Assembly (NCBI GenBank): GCA_036172245.1
Contig: JAYWIR010000057.1
Location: 124,001 to 188,000 of the forward strand
Length of the DNA stretch: 64,000 bases
Direction: 5' to 3'
From: Raillietiella orientalis
Lineage: Eukaryota
Positions within the stretch are counted from its first letter, which is position 1, and the number at the start of each line of letters is the position of its first letter. The notes under the pieces were generated by a model, which saw only the letters and a program-made list of their open reading frames with translations, did not search any database and was not told the origin of the DNA. The translations under genes were made by a program, and so were the position numbers. This document shows, piece after piece, positions 11,750 through 26,140 of the stretch.

Positions 11750-12770
11750 ACTGATATTGGTGTTTTCCTTTAAATGAGGATTTGTTACGGCCAGCCTGTG
11801 GGCAGAATAAAACGAACCACCATTTGACATGACTATACAGCACCTGCATCCATGGAATACAAGAAATACAAGTACTCATTTAAGAAAATCACAGTTATGT
11901 ATGCTGATTTGCGTTCTCATAAAATTTCTTGATTTCACTCGGCAAAGTTGTTCATCTGGAGCCTGTCAACAGGTTGCGAAAAACTTGAAAGAAAACTGTA
12001 TTGAGAGCTCACAAAATTCCAACAAAACTTCGACTCAAAGCTTTCTCTGGAAGTCTGAGTATGATGAGACTTATCTTGAGCACAAGATATCTGGTGCAGC
12101 CTACACCTTCATACAGTGTTTTCAGTAGAGCCTGCGAATTCCCTAAGGTGCCGCTCCCTTCGAAAAAACTGTACAAGAAATAGCATCTGGAATACTTTGA
12201 TGGCGCTGGAATATTCTGTCGCATCCGGTCGCAAATCACAAAAACAAATTGACAAAAGGATTATTTATTCAGATAAAAGCACGGCAAGCACAAAAACGAG
12301 ACACGTTATTACATTAGGGCGAAAATTTGATCTCGAGGAGTAAGCAAATATGATCTGTTATAACCGTTTTTATAACAGATCATAATTGCTGGAGAAAACA
12401 ATGGAAGCAATTGCATGGAGAAGCAATAAATATCAGAGGGGCCCCATTGGAAATAATGAACTCGAAAGTTTCATGAATTACAAAATGAAGACGTTCGAAA
12501 ACTGCTCAATTCACATTTGGAATTGACTGATGATCTTTTACATGAACGAAGGGAATTTAAAAAAGCTGACAGTAATGTCTGGGAATGTGATAACGTGTAA
12601 GAGGAGTTCACCCTTAAGGAACACGAAAAAACCTTTGAGGCTGTAGAAGTTGTCATGCAAAAACTTTCCGCTGCTTACCTCGATCGAGGCATGCAAACTT
12701 GCCGAGATATCGATTGAACATTCCTCGTCTACAAAGATTTGCCTGAAGATTTCCAGTAGGAGTTCAGTCT
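11750..12770 (+). mobile_element. Tigger/pogo-like transposase C-terminal remnant
   Basis: EDVRKLLNSHLELTDDLL (~12485-12540) and FTLKEHEKTFEAVEVVMQKL (~12605-12670) resemble Tigger C-termini; many stops. Confidence 0.45.
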
Positions 12771-13669
12771 AAGCAGCAAAAATATTTCCAAAGCCAATAA
12801 AGATAAAGATACTTTTGTCTGTGTAAACTTCTCGCCTTCATGTTTAGAAATTGTTTTTATTCCTCCCTCTGTAACTATTTTGTGACTGTGAAGAATAACT
12901 TCAAATCTTAAGTAAACTCTTTTTTGTTTTTTTTGATGGTTACATTTCCTTCACAAGCATATAAATCTTTAAAAGTGTTCATTGCTTATACAACCAACTA
13001 GATACTTTATGTAGAATTGTGTTACAATAGTGGGAATTCGAATAATAAAACCATTTCAATGAAGAAATTATTCTCACTAATCGAAGGCTGCCTGCTCCTA
13101 ATTATGGAATTGAAAATTTTTATTCCAACTAAATACATAAAGAAGTTCGTAGCGGAGTTTCGTTTACATGCATAATACCATGATTACATCCCATAACTGT
13201 GACAACTGCTTATCCAATTGGCTAAATATTCATGTTGGAATTGAAAGTAAATTTATTTGCATCAACACAAAACAAGATAAGAAAATTGTAAGGAAACTCA
13301 TGAAATGCATTGGAACAAAAAATCTGGAAAATGCTACATTTCAAGTCTTGCAAACACCAAGCAGTTCTGATACTGCAATAATATATGAAAACATAAGTTT
13401 GCTGTATGCATTGAATGAAAAACGCTAATTTGTATCCAAATAAACTAGAAGCACGGCAAGAAATGTAGATGAATGTCACATAACTTAATTTACATCCCCT
13501 GAAGTTACGTGATATTCATCCATGCTTCATGATATTCCTTGTTATAATGCATTCCATAATTTAATTATCAAATCTTTACAGTTCACAAAAATCACAAGAA
13601 TAAATGCATATATTTTAAGACCTGTACATCCTGTTGCGAAAACCCAGTTTATTGGATGAATAACTAATA

Positions 13670-16600
13670 CTAAGGTAATGATTTCATCAAAACATACGGA
13701 TTATACTGATTATATAAATTGGACAAAACGGGAACGTGGAATGCACGAAATAGGAAATGAGATCTAAAAATCACTAATGTTGAAACAACATCAATTAAAG
13801 CACATGCTCACTTTTTGGAGTTCAAAAATGGCACTTGGTATATCACTTTCCATGAAGGCATTTTAGAAAACCGAGGTTCCTGAGGTGCTTCTTCATCATT
13901 ATCAAAATCAATTAAAAAGTGGCAGTTGCTTAAATCAAACTAAAACGGAAGATATGTCAAAAAATCGAAAGAAAAAATCTTTGATCTACATATCGTGATG
14001 ATTCCTCGTGATTTTCATCATTCATGTTTAAGGGAATCACAGAAGTACCATTAGGCAAAGAACTATATGGTTTGGGCAACTGACCTTTGAATTCTGACTT
14101 GATAAAACGAAACTTCCAACTAAAGCAATCCAAATAGCACTATTATGAAGTCTTTGCAACTTACCTCAGTGAAGGTAAAAAAAAGCTGGAGGGGTAACGA
14201 TGCCACTCTTTCCCTACACATAAATTACACTTTGTTTCATTTATTTGAAGCTCCTTCAACTTTTGATATACGTCTATGGGAGCATGGTAACCTAATGTAA
14301 ATAATTTTCATAATTTAGGATTTATGCTGGCAAAATATACCATAAAACAGTGCTGCAATGCGAGAAATCCCCAATGTTCCGAACACAAGCAAAGTGATAA
14401 CGGACAATCTGAAGTTTTTCAAACTCTTGGAATTCTTAAAGTTTGGACATTTTTTCAAACATCCAAGTCTCACCAAGTCCAAGAGTAAAGAAGCATGCAA
14501 GCAAATCAGGGGATATATTGGATATAAAAATCTCTCTTCCTGTAAAAAATAATAAAGTATAATTCTCAAATTTAGTACTTTACCTTATGTGGTTGATAAA
14601 AAAAAATGGCGATCCACACATAAAATGGCATAAGCAACAATATTTCCTGCAAGTGAAATTTTCTATTTTGGAATTTGAACCCATAAATGATCTAGAAACT
14701 AATTAAGGCTATTGATTAACTGATATGAATTAGTACTACCATCACTGGTCCTGATAGAACAGCTAACAGAATGGCTACGTTGAAATTCAAAAGAAGGTTT
14801 CGTACATAAAACATGACTGGCTCAGTGCCATACAATTCAGGACCTTTGTTTGATAGTATGTTATACTTGAGTAAGTTAATTGGTGTAACTGTTAAAATTC
14901 CATAATAAAACGTATCCACAATTATTAATGGAACCTAAAAAAACGTAAATATTAATCTTACATTGATTATGGTAAAAAACTAAAAAAATATAAAGAACAA
15001 AAAGAACTTCTTTCTATTCAATATTACAATTTATCAATTTTCTTAAGCATACATGTGCAAGAAAAACACTGAGAAAAAATGGGATGTTTTTCAATAAAAT
15101 CAACAACAAACCAATACCAACACCCTTTCTGGTTGTACCATGAAACAGTATATTGAACAAAGAAATGTCATGTTGGATTATTTTCAACTTTCTTTGCAAA
15201 AAATCAACCACATATAAGGTACACAAATTCCAGTGCATTTCATACTGAATAAAATACACTTCCTACATTTAAAAGTCTGCTGAAAATTCGAATTATTATC
15301 TAAAATGAGATAACATGATACTGATTGATAACACTAATTTCTATAACAAAAGTAAGAAAGGAAAAAAATGCATACCACAAAAATAATTAAGTTATGCAAC
15401 ACTTCTACTCCCTACTACTAAGACTTGACTTATTTAAATGAAAAAGTAAAATTACGGGTTTAAAGCGAAATTTCATAAACCTCCCATTTGATTGAAAACA
15501 CTAATCAAGTACTAATTACATTATAACCACTTTCATCTGGAAATGTATTTCAGAACCTACACTTAAGCACAAACTCATGCAGATTCGATGTTTAAAAAAT
15601 GAACTGATAAGAAATTATGATGATAATTCGAAATGAACTTGAAACTTTCTCCAAGAGTACAGCATAGTACTTGTGTACAGGAATTTAAATGCCATGACAA
15701 AAGCGTATAATTTTAAAATTATGAGTTTCCCTTTTTATTAATGGAAATTAAATAATTAGAGGGTAAATTCGCGTCTTGTATGCAAGGGAGTGTCTTCAAT
15801 GATGGTAATGGCAATCTAAAATCCATTGATTATGTACCTTACTATAAACCTGAATATGTGTAATGGAAAGCCAATATTTTCTCTTTAAGATATTCCATCT
15901 TGCCAATTAGTGTTGCAGCATAAAGGACACAATTGTAACGAAGAAATCCAGATAACAACCAAAAAGATTCCAATGTCCCACCTTCATCATTTACTGAAAA
16001 ACTCTCTATGTATCTATTAAATTTTTTGTTTGTCATATAATATGCAGAGGAACACAATGAAATTACATTGTCTTTTTCCTTGCAATTGAACAGTTCTGTA
16101 CCCTCACAATTGCAAAAACAAGATTTGCATATGCACATTCTACTCTAATTTTGCAACCTTTAACTTCAATCTCCCATCATGTAATTAATTCATTAGCTAA
16201 CAGTTATAGTCATGACAAACTCATTGAATAAAATAAGCTCCTCTTAAAGCAATGAATATTTGAATGATCTGATTTAAGATGGCAAAAACGGAGGAAACAA
16301 GATCGGACTTTATCTTCTTTCCCTTTCTGTACCTTTGTGAAACTTAATTTTCATTTCTTTATCCTTCCTACATTTTAGACAATTCAAAATTAAATGCAAT
16401 TGTAGAGCTATTTAGTCAGGTATTTTTGCAGAATTAATTGAACTGAATAAGATTAGCTCAAAATACAAAATAATGAAGTCAAACATATTAAGATTTTATG
16501 GCAAGCATTTATTCAATAGAGGAGAAAATTTTACACATTTTAATCATTCATATAATCTGCATTACTGAACAATTTAAAACTGAACTGTTTCTTTGAATTG

Positions 16601-19600
16601 TGAAAACACAATATTTCAAATACAGGCTTATGGTTTACACAAAAGTGAAAAGTGAATATTCCTTAGTAAAAAGTGGTTGCACCATTATTTACAAGTCCAA
16701 ATGAACTTTCTCATTGTAAATAATTTTAAAAATTCAGCTTTTCAAAACTGATTACTATGTTTGGAAATCAAAGGGAGTCGTTACTTACTTACAGTCTTAA
16801 TCAACAAATTTGATTAAGTGATGACAACCACTCCATGAATAAATGCATATCAATAATAAAAATGCTCAACCTAAATATAATTACATAAGTCGCATAACTA
16901 GTAAACTCTGAAATGTAAGAGGCTATTTCAGAATTATTGATGCTTATGTAATATTAAAATAACTGCTTCATTACAATAACAAGCCAAAAAATAACAACAA
17001 CAAGAAGAAACTCATAAACAAGCAACTTACTAGCAACACAAATCCTGAAATAACAGTAGTAAATAACAGCGAAAACCATTTCTTCTTAAAAAGCAGATCC
17101 AAAGCCAAGGGGATTCTAAAATGCAGAATGTGATCCATACTTACAAACTCAAACTAAATTTTTTACTAACAGAAGAATTTTGTGGCTTAGGAAGATTAAA
17201 AACTTTTAATTTTTCAACAAAATTTCAAAAGCACATTTACATAATTAAATAATGTTCAATAATTTAAATAATGTTCAATGAAAATTATATGTATTCTTAG
17301 CATTTTTCTTCAAAACCGATATGAATTTATGTTTGATATAAATAAAGATATTTGGTTTACATCCGATTATCTATTAAATAGTTCAGATTAACTGATGGTT
17401 TACTTTAACTGATTTCATGATTTCCACCATCGGTTTTTTTTAAATATTTCTTGTAAATGATGTAAACCATGAACTTTGATTTGTACTACCTGCATTAGCT
17501 GTATTATTTGTCTCCTAATTATCAACATACAATGTAGCAAAGAGATTATTTACCTAATCTTTTTGGTGAGGAAACCAAAATAAGTGCAAGTAATAACAAA
17601 ATTTATATCGGTAGTTCAAGTTCCAAATTATCATCATCAAATTAATTATCTGATTCTGAAATAAGCTTAATTTTATGAACATCACACATTTTTATTATTG
17701 AAACCACTCATTATTGCAATTCACATTTGTACATTGTTGCATTCATCCATCAGTTATGCAATTTTTGTTGCTGTTTTACAAAATGGCTTAACAAATTCGT
17801 ATAAAAATATGCACAAATGGAAAACTCTTGTCCAAAGTACAAATTTGGATATGGTTTTTGAGATCAGTAGAGTAAAACTGAGTGAAGTTAACATAAAGAA
17901 ATTAAGAGCTGAGTTCTTATTGGGTGGACACATCTTCAGATATCCAATATGTAAGGATAGGGTGCGGTGCTAACTAAGGTTTGTGAATCAAAGTAAGAAC
18001 AAAAATCACCAGTGTAAGAGTGTTTTCTATACTGGAAACATTCAACAACAAAATCAAAAGACTTTGTTCCAAGTATTTGATGTAAAAACAATACATGACC
18101 ACACAATTCTAAGATTTATTCTATGTACTTGCCCCAGCACTGCAACAAAGGGCCAACCAATTATTGCTGCAACACCAAAGCAGAATATAGCTAAATGATG
18201 TTTCCTCCTGATCCAAAGTCCAAAGGCCAACATTACAAAATACCTAAGTTCAAAAAGTACAATATATTGAGTTCTTAATTTTGACATCTACTTACATGGA
18301 AAAGCTAGATGGCAAAAAAGCACAGCTAGAAATAAACATGCCAGGACTAAATATCAGAAAAATTAAAAAGGTGTCTCCTAAGAATCTGCCATATCTAGAT
18401 AACAGAGCTCTACAAAAGTTTTATTCAAAAACTTGTAATATTAGTACTATTACCTGTATAAGTATATTTCGCAGAAGCAGGAAAACAAACTTAAAAGAAT
18501 TCTTATACAGTAGAATACATTTATTTTTGAAAATATACCCGTTAAGGGAGAAAGTTTGAATGGGAAAACATGTAAGAAAATATACAAATAAGATCTTAAA
18601 GCATATGCTGGAGAATATTCCCATGTTTGAAATCCTTCTCCAAATAACAAATAATGAGCCTAAAAGGGGGAAAAAAAATTCTCGATAACCAATTTTTTTC
18701 ATAAAATACGCATTTATTATTTTTCATTTTCAATGTATGCCTATACAAATTATAATCACGAAATATTCTCTATCAATTTGCACATTTCCAAAGCCTCGAA
18801 CACACTAATTAATCAAGAAATTAAAATCTTCTTAATGTCAGAAAGTAATACGTAAAATTCATGGGAAATTAATGTCTGCATGCTTCCACAGGAACAAAAG
18901 AGCATTTTCACTTGATCCAGAGATGAACTAAATTCACAAATCTAAACAAACTAAATTCATTCAACATTTAAGAGAATGTGGAAATCCGTATCTAGTCTTC
19001 AAATCATGTTTTCAACAGTAAAATGCAATTTTCTTCTCTTCATACAAAAACTGTTTTCCAGCAAATGATTAAACATGATGATGGATATCACTACATGATC
19101 ATGAAAAAAATGCTCTTATACCACAAGCAGAAATTATAAATAAATGATTGAAGTGATTGCATTTGTGGCAACACTAACAGGAAACTTTACCAAAGGATGA
19201 CAAACTTCATTAATCCTTCAATAATTCTTCAGTAGTTATTGGTACTACTTCATGAGTACCAATTGCAAACAAGACTACTATTTTTATCCACTGTTACCAA
19301 GTGAAGTACATGTAAGAGCAATATAACTTTTGATTTTTAAAATGAACCTTTTTTTACAGATAATCAAACTTTGTAGTACAAGTTCTTCAATTTCAATTTT
19401 CATTTATGAAGATATATCAGCTGGCCATTTTATAGGATACTATGCTAGCAGAATATATCTAACTGCCAAATCCTGTGTTCTCAAATAAAAGACCTGTATC
19501 TGTATTTGCTTGTGAATTTTGATTTTAATATAGCTTCATATTGTTCAAAATAACAGGCCAAATGACAAAAAATTAGCTTCTAAACTGATCTTCTAAAGTG

Positions 19601-20581
19601 CTCCACACATTTTGTAGCTAATATTCTATTAATTTCCTTTAACCGCTTTAAACTTTTTGAATATTTCAGTTTCATGTCCTTCACTTCCATCAATTAAATT
19701 TTGGGGCACACTTATAAGATTGTAAAACACATCTGAAACTAATAATCAATAAAACTGAAATTATTAATGATAAGGAAAGTTAGGAAAATCATTTTCCGAA
19801 ACTGGCAAGCATTTTAGACAACCAATATATCCTGTTTGTTCTCTTTTTGTTCCCTTAACACTGACTTCCTGAAAAATCAGTTTTCATTTAATCATGTATG
19901 ATTCTTCTCGTTGCATTTTAAAACTCCCTGAATTTACAAAACATCGCTAAACTTCTTGAAATTTCATTTTTTGCTGTTGCATCCGACAGCTCTCGTGCTT
20001 CTTACTTTATGCTTCTTCATCATGACATTCAAGTGAGAACTTGCTTTCACAAATAAAATTCAAAAATTATGTTCCTTTATAAAATACTAATAAAATATGT
20101 GAACAGAAAATGGAAATGTGAATAACACGAGTATCAGCAAACCAAACTTCTGCTTGCAAATTTTATTCTTGAAAATTTACAACACAATTTTGCGCTTTTA
20201 TTGGAAATCACGTAATTACAGATTAACTTACAGGTTCCCAGTAGTTGTAAGTTTCATCGCAGTCATTAATACCATTGATCAAAGCTGCTACACATCGACA
20301 TCCAATTAATAATGGCATTAATATCAATGAAGCCATATTTTTTGTGTTTTCATGCTTTCTAGAACACAGAATGCAAATAGCATCAAAAACTTGACATACA
20401 GGTGAGCATATAGGATCTAATTCTTGATACACTATCAATAAAATGCTTTTACAAATACTGGAAAAAGTGAAATATTACTTATTTACTTTTCCTTTGCTCT
20501 AGGAGAGTAGATACGTTCTATCAGGTCGGATAATTTTCTTCGATCGCGTGCATTATTGTCAAGTTGTGTTCTTTTTCTCAT
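13670..20581 (-). CDS. ALG9: Alpha-1,2-mannosyltransferase ALG9 (glycosyltransferase family 22), 13 coding exons
   Basis: Exons: 20581-20487, 20358-20232, 18659-18454, 18409-18296, 18243-18133, 17115-17031, 14934-14740, 14691-14584, 14539-14341, 14291-14165, 14119-13990, 13939-13812, 13763-13670. Diagnostic peptides: DCDETYNYWEP, GFQTWEYSPAYALRSY, AFLPSSFSM, GWPF, GPELYGTEP, QPHKEERFLYPIYP, CVGKEWHRYPSSFFLP, FIKSEFKGQLP. Exon 1 boundaries are the least certain. Confidence 0.96.
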
Positions 20582-20649
20582 TCTATACACAAAATAGGTA
20601 GAATTTGTACTTGGAGTTAAAACGAAACTGGAAAAAAACTTCCATTTAC

Positions 20650-20830
20650 CGAAATATATTCAATTCTGGAACCCCCCAACCCCTTCTCCCATCTCTTTCA
20701 CCAAAAAAAATGCACTCTCCCCCTTACGGCACACACTGGCACACGTGCGGGCACTGTTGCTGGGCGCTTTACGATACCAAGTGAAAAATATCCGATGACA
20801 AGTGAAGCCGTTTTCTTCCTGTTTTTATAT
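20650..20830. promoter_or_regulatory. Probable ALG9 5' UTR exon/promoter
   Basis: Locally GC/CpG-richer patch upstream of the ALG9 ATG. A minus-strand donor G|GTAAAT at ~20649 and an acceptor TATAG just before the ATG imply a 5' UTR intron. Confidence 0.45.
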
Positions 20831-23800
20831 ATTTATTGATACATAGAGACAGTATTTTATTGCAAATATGGGAAATCATCGAAAATAGAGAAGTACAAGA
20901 TTGAAATTTTCATATCAAACAAACTTTTTTTTAAATTCTCAAAACAACTTCTTTTCTTCTTTTTTTTTTAACGCCTTGAAAAAAAAAAAAAAAAATTTGT
21001 CGGTGGAAGTTCACAAAACTTCAAAGCCCGAAATATAGACAATCCTTACAAACTTGAAAAATGTCGAAGATAAATTGGTGATTTCATAGAAAAAGAATCT
21101 TACACTCTCTCTATATGAATTCACGTGAAAAAAATGAATTACAAAATCTACCAGTGTTATTGTTCCTTAATTCGGTTTTAGGCACTTTTATGTGGTATTT
21201 TTTTTTAACAAGTTCACCATACTGAATTGTTTTGAAAATGTTACTCAGAAAATTCAAATGAATCGGAAAGTCCATTGGGCGGTCCACACTAATTAAAAAT
21301 GCACTTAGCACATTCATATGACGTTAATTTTTAGCATGTTTATCGAGTGTTCCCTGCCGATGATATTCACTTATAGAAATCTACACTATGGAACATGAAA
21401 TACTGTTTCTGAGTTTCTTTTTGTTGTATTGTGCTAGTACGATTGGGTTGAGAAACGGAGAACAGGAAGAGAATAAACAGGCCCAGTTCATCATTTTTTT
21501 TCATTTGCATGCAGTTCCAATTACAAAAAAAACCATATAATTGAGGGTAAACTTCTGAAATGCTTTAAATACATTATTTATTGGACACATGAAAAATGTG
21601 CCATTTTTACAAATAGAGCAAAGAGGATACATTTGCTTTATTCATAATAAGCATACATTTTGTATTGAAGTACGTGATAGATTCTGAAACTTCTGCTTGT
21701 TATTTCATTCGTGGAAAGGGGTTTATTCCTTAGTTGGAGTTATCACATGATCAGTGGTTTCACGTTTCCATATTTACTCCGTAGAAATTTCAGTTTATTG
21801 ATAGAAAATTACTTTAACAGCACATCGATCTAAATTTAAAATTAAATGATACCTTCGCCTATAGAACTCCACTGCCACCAAAAGTTCCTAAACATGCTAC
21901 ATTGTAGGACAAAAAGTAGACTCCAGGAAGTAAATAATTCGAAGAATTTTCAGTAAGCGAATTTTCAGAGATTAGATAAAGTTTATGAGGAATGCAAAAT
22001 AAACATTGGTGATTTACGAAAGCTTTTGGAATACATGCAAACGAAAACCCGATTTAGTGAATGTTTTGAAATCGTATTGTAATTAGAAACTCCTTTTCAA
22101 AGCTTATTCATTATTAATGTATACCGAAACCAAAAATTGGATGCAAAGCACAGCAAAATTACGTAGATGCTAGGTGCATGATACAGCTAAAGTGTTTCAA
22201 AATGTAATTAAAATAAAAAATATTAAAAAGTAGAAAACATAGCATTACGGTTAGCACAACATAGTAGAAAACATATTATTATTTCATGTAATTCATACAT
22301 GATCGGTTCTGTTTTTGGTTATCATCATTTCCACCCAAATACACAAAATTCTGAAGCAATCCATAAAACAGGACACTGCTCGCCTTTCTCGGAGGACATA
22401 GTAAAACTGCTAACGAGAAATTACCCATTACGTTTTTCTACGAAAATCAAAACGTGCTTGATAAAAAGTGTCAAAAAAAATTGAAATTACTCATGTAATA
22501 GAACTGCTAGTTAACAGAAAATAAAAATGGAATATACGCTTTTCCAAAAAACATCGTCAACAACGTCGTCAGAACACGATTATAATGACGATTGAACTGG
22601 TTAAATTAGAAGCACTACAACGATGAAAAGATTTTTTTTTTGACACTGGATATAATTATTGGTTAAAAATCAGTTTCATGTAGCCCACTATTCCGAAAAT
22701 AATGACTCGATGATAATTATGGCTTCTATGAATAAAACGAATCCTTGGATTGAGTCTTCCGAAGATCATATATTTGACAGCATGAAATTTCTTTTGTGAA
22801 CTATTTTAGCATCATAAAATCATACAATTTAAATGATGAAACGTTGATGAAAAAATATATTAATACTTATGATTTTGCAGTAGAATCCATGGAATTTCAT
22901 GATGTGAAAATGAGACATTCATTCAAGGATCTCGAAAAGAATTTTGTTTCAAAGCAAAGGGACGAGTTCATTACGATCATTGCAGTATGACAGTCCAAAA
23001 TGCTTCAAATTTTATAACAAATATTTATTTATTTTATAAGCACTGACTAAATTGTGCTCCTTTGCTTATCAGATATTCTTTCATTCAATGCTGAGATCAC
23101 GGGTATTTTGAGGAACACTTCATATTAAGCAACTTTTTTAGACAAAGAGCCCTCAAAACTTCACCATGGAACAATGAAAGATGTCGTGATAGATGGGAGA
23201 GAATATCCCAAGGTAGTTGAAATTCATTAGGACATCATAGTTTCTCTGAAAGCTATAGCAGAGAACTAAATAAAGCCATTCTATACGCCTATTTGTCAAC
23301 AGCGGGTACAACGATGAGGCCCCACTCGGAAGCGATGGCCATCATCTTCCTCGAAGTCAGGTAGGTATCAACGGTCAATGAGTATAAATGTATGTCTGAG
23401 AGAACTAATTTCAGCATGGATGCAGTTTCCTGTTCATATGGCATGCTGTATCCTTTATTTACTATCATATGGGTTCCATTTGAAGGTTGTCATTCCATGA
23501 GAATGCAAAATATGTGCTCACAATGAATGAATTTTCATAAATATATGTATTTTACTCGGGAAATTATATCTCACACATACGGTAGGCATACAGAGGCTGT
23601 TTTTAAAATTTAAATGAAGATGAGTCCCCAAAAGTAAAATGTAGTTGTGCTGCTATTCCTTTTGCTCTACTGCTAAAGTACGACGACTCAGAGATCCTTC
23701 GAGAATCAACGAAACATCCTATTAAATGGGGGTTTACCTAAATCATGCAACTGACATTCATTTGAATTGAATTATATTGAATCCATCACATCTCAGAAGA

Positions 23801-25809
23801 GTGACAATATCTTGCATCGATATTACTGAGTGGACGAAGAATTAATGTTATGAACAGAGTAATTAACAGAAATGCATGATGAGATCATTAGGATGAATGT
23901 TTGAGGAAAAGCATGTTGCAACGAGTGTTTTCTAAATTCTCAGGAAAATGCATAAATCTTGCGTTTATGTGTCAGGACGAATTTTTATTCATAGAAACCT
24001 CTTCTGCATTAAGTGGCTAAAGTTGCCAAATTTTATGAACATTTTGATAGATATTATTGTGACCGGTCATGAACTTAGGAATTCTTGATCAGAAAGATTG
24101 ATATCTGGACACCCATTCGATTTGTTTGATTGATTCAATTTTGAAATGGGAACAAAGAAAGCCACAGAAAATAAAGGTGGTCCAAGAAAACGCCTGGGAT
24201 TCTAAAAATGATAGTGAATAGTGACATTTAATGAAATCCATAAATTTTCATTAACTCAATGAAACCAGAATGAAGGGTGAGTAATAAAAAATTAAATACA
24301 TTACATGTTTCTGAGAACAATATTAGTTTGTTTATGTGGAACGAAGAAATAATGTACAGATTTCAAATTTAAGCATGTGTGCAGAAGCTGTATAGGATTC
24401 TCAATGTAGATGAGACTGTTTCATAAAAGTCTTTTGACGGTAACTTTTTGCATACCTTCTTGTCCACAATACTTTTATCTTTTTAGTGCTTCGAGTCATA
24501 GTTTGCTTAGGAATTCCCGCAAGTTTTATTTCAAAACTTATACTTTTGGTAGTCCTGGCTACTCCTTCCTTTTTCATCTTTACGTAGACTTTAAAGCAAA
24601 CATTTGTTATCAGTAGCTTTATTTTCATTATTCCCTTAATTGGAATCTATTGGTTGATTTATTTGTTATCCCAGTTTCGTGTCATTTACGATGATTTCGT
24701 AGATGACTAGGAAGTCCCTAACTTTTCGCAGACACAATGGAGTACCTATCTTGCTCATGGAGATTTCAGATAGTAGTGCTAACTCAGGTCCTGTTAGGGA
24801 GAGATCAAAAAAGAAAAACGAAGCTGCCAAAGAGGCAATCTAGCGACTTCTTGCACAGAAAGGCGTCTGAATGCGAAAACTCTTTACTTCGATTGTGACG
24901 ACCATTCACCACACAAAAGTAAATTCGAACTTACGAATGAACATAACTCTTGGATAATTTATATTGTAATGCCATGCCAATTCCGAAAGTATGGGGGCAA
25001 AACTGTTAAAGCCAGCTATCCAGATGTTAAGCTTGAACCCTAGTTCATGCAATGTGGCATTTAGGGGTTTGCTTCTCACAGATCAGATTCTTACGACTTT
25101 TCTTCCTGAACTTCCGATTAAATATCATTATGCGGTTTCTTTCTCCAGGTTTTCAAAAGAGCTGCTTAAAATGCATGCCGTAAAATAGGCGCCAATAATT
25201 ACCACATTCACAGATTAGCTTCTTTCAATAGGATATTTCACGTAATGAGATTGCTGGTTTATTGTTTGTCGGTCAAGAAGTTTATCTCACAATTTGATGA
25301 CCGAATTTTTCTTTGCAAATCTTTGCTAAGTTTGCTGAGTTTTTTTTTTTTATGATACATAGATGTAGTATGTGAATTTCTTATTATATACACATATTTT
25401 ATGCAACATGAAGTGCTACAGGGGAATTGGATTCCAAAATACACCTTCCTGAGAAATCTTCTTAAATGATGCTAAACTGGGATAACAAGCAAATCAACCA
25501 ATGGATTGTGAATAAGGGAATAATGAAAACAGTGCTTCTGATAATAAACGTTTATTCTGCGACTGATTTATTAGGCTTCATGTGATTGATGCAATTCAGT
25601 GTTTGAAGATTTCAGTTTTACGAATTTGGTTCCATGTTTTCTGCATTTGTGTTTCGTCATTCTCTATAGCTTTGAGTTTCTTCTGATTTAATCTCAGAAA
25701 TCATCTTTTCACAGATCTAATGAAAGTTTTTCCGTGTGGGTTAGGGAACTAAAGTCATGACACAGTATGAATGTGATCGATCTGTCCTTGAGGACACGAA
25801 CAACAATAA

Positions 25810-26140
25810 TCTAAAGATGATAAATTGCTACTTTGAGGAAACTTTTTGACAAGTCTCTTGGGTCCAGGAGGAACCTAACGAAACACATGTAGTACTTTAG
25901 CCAGTGCACGTCAATGGCATTCGATGACTGTGCACCGACGATTTTGTATTTGGAAGGTACTGCAGGATTCTCGTGATCAAGAGATATGCTTTTCGAATTT
26001 GGTTCCACAAAGAGCAAAGTGAGAGGCAGGACAGAAGTGTTCGAAAGTGTTGCTTAGATTGATTGAAATGCCAAGGTGTGCCAAGTGTTGCAGCATTAAT
26101 TCTCATTCGGGTTAGCATAGGTGGTATGACATGTATCTTC
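25810..26140 (-). pseudogene. Possible decayed Ulp1/C48-like protease fragment (transposon cargo)
   Basis: Frameshifted NQSKQHF / LLFVEPNSKSISLD and AQSSNAID...FLLDP resemble the HW..L...I...DS and Q.N..DCG motifs, but the catalytic residues are not intact. Confidence 0.2.

Noticed and set aside
14410..14473. Possible extra ALG9 intron (GTGAGA...TTCAG)
   Set aside because: Donor and acceptor phases do not match and the frame is open through it; treated as exon.
19877..20022. Intronic C/D snoRNA candidate (minus-strand ATGATGA...CTGA)
   Set aside because: No terminal stem or recognisable rRNA guide; such boxes occur by chance in AT-rich DNA.
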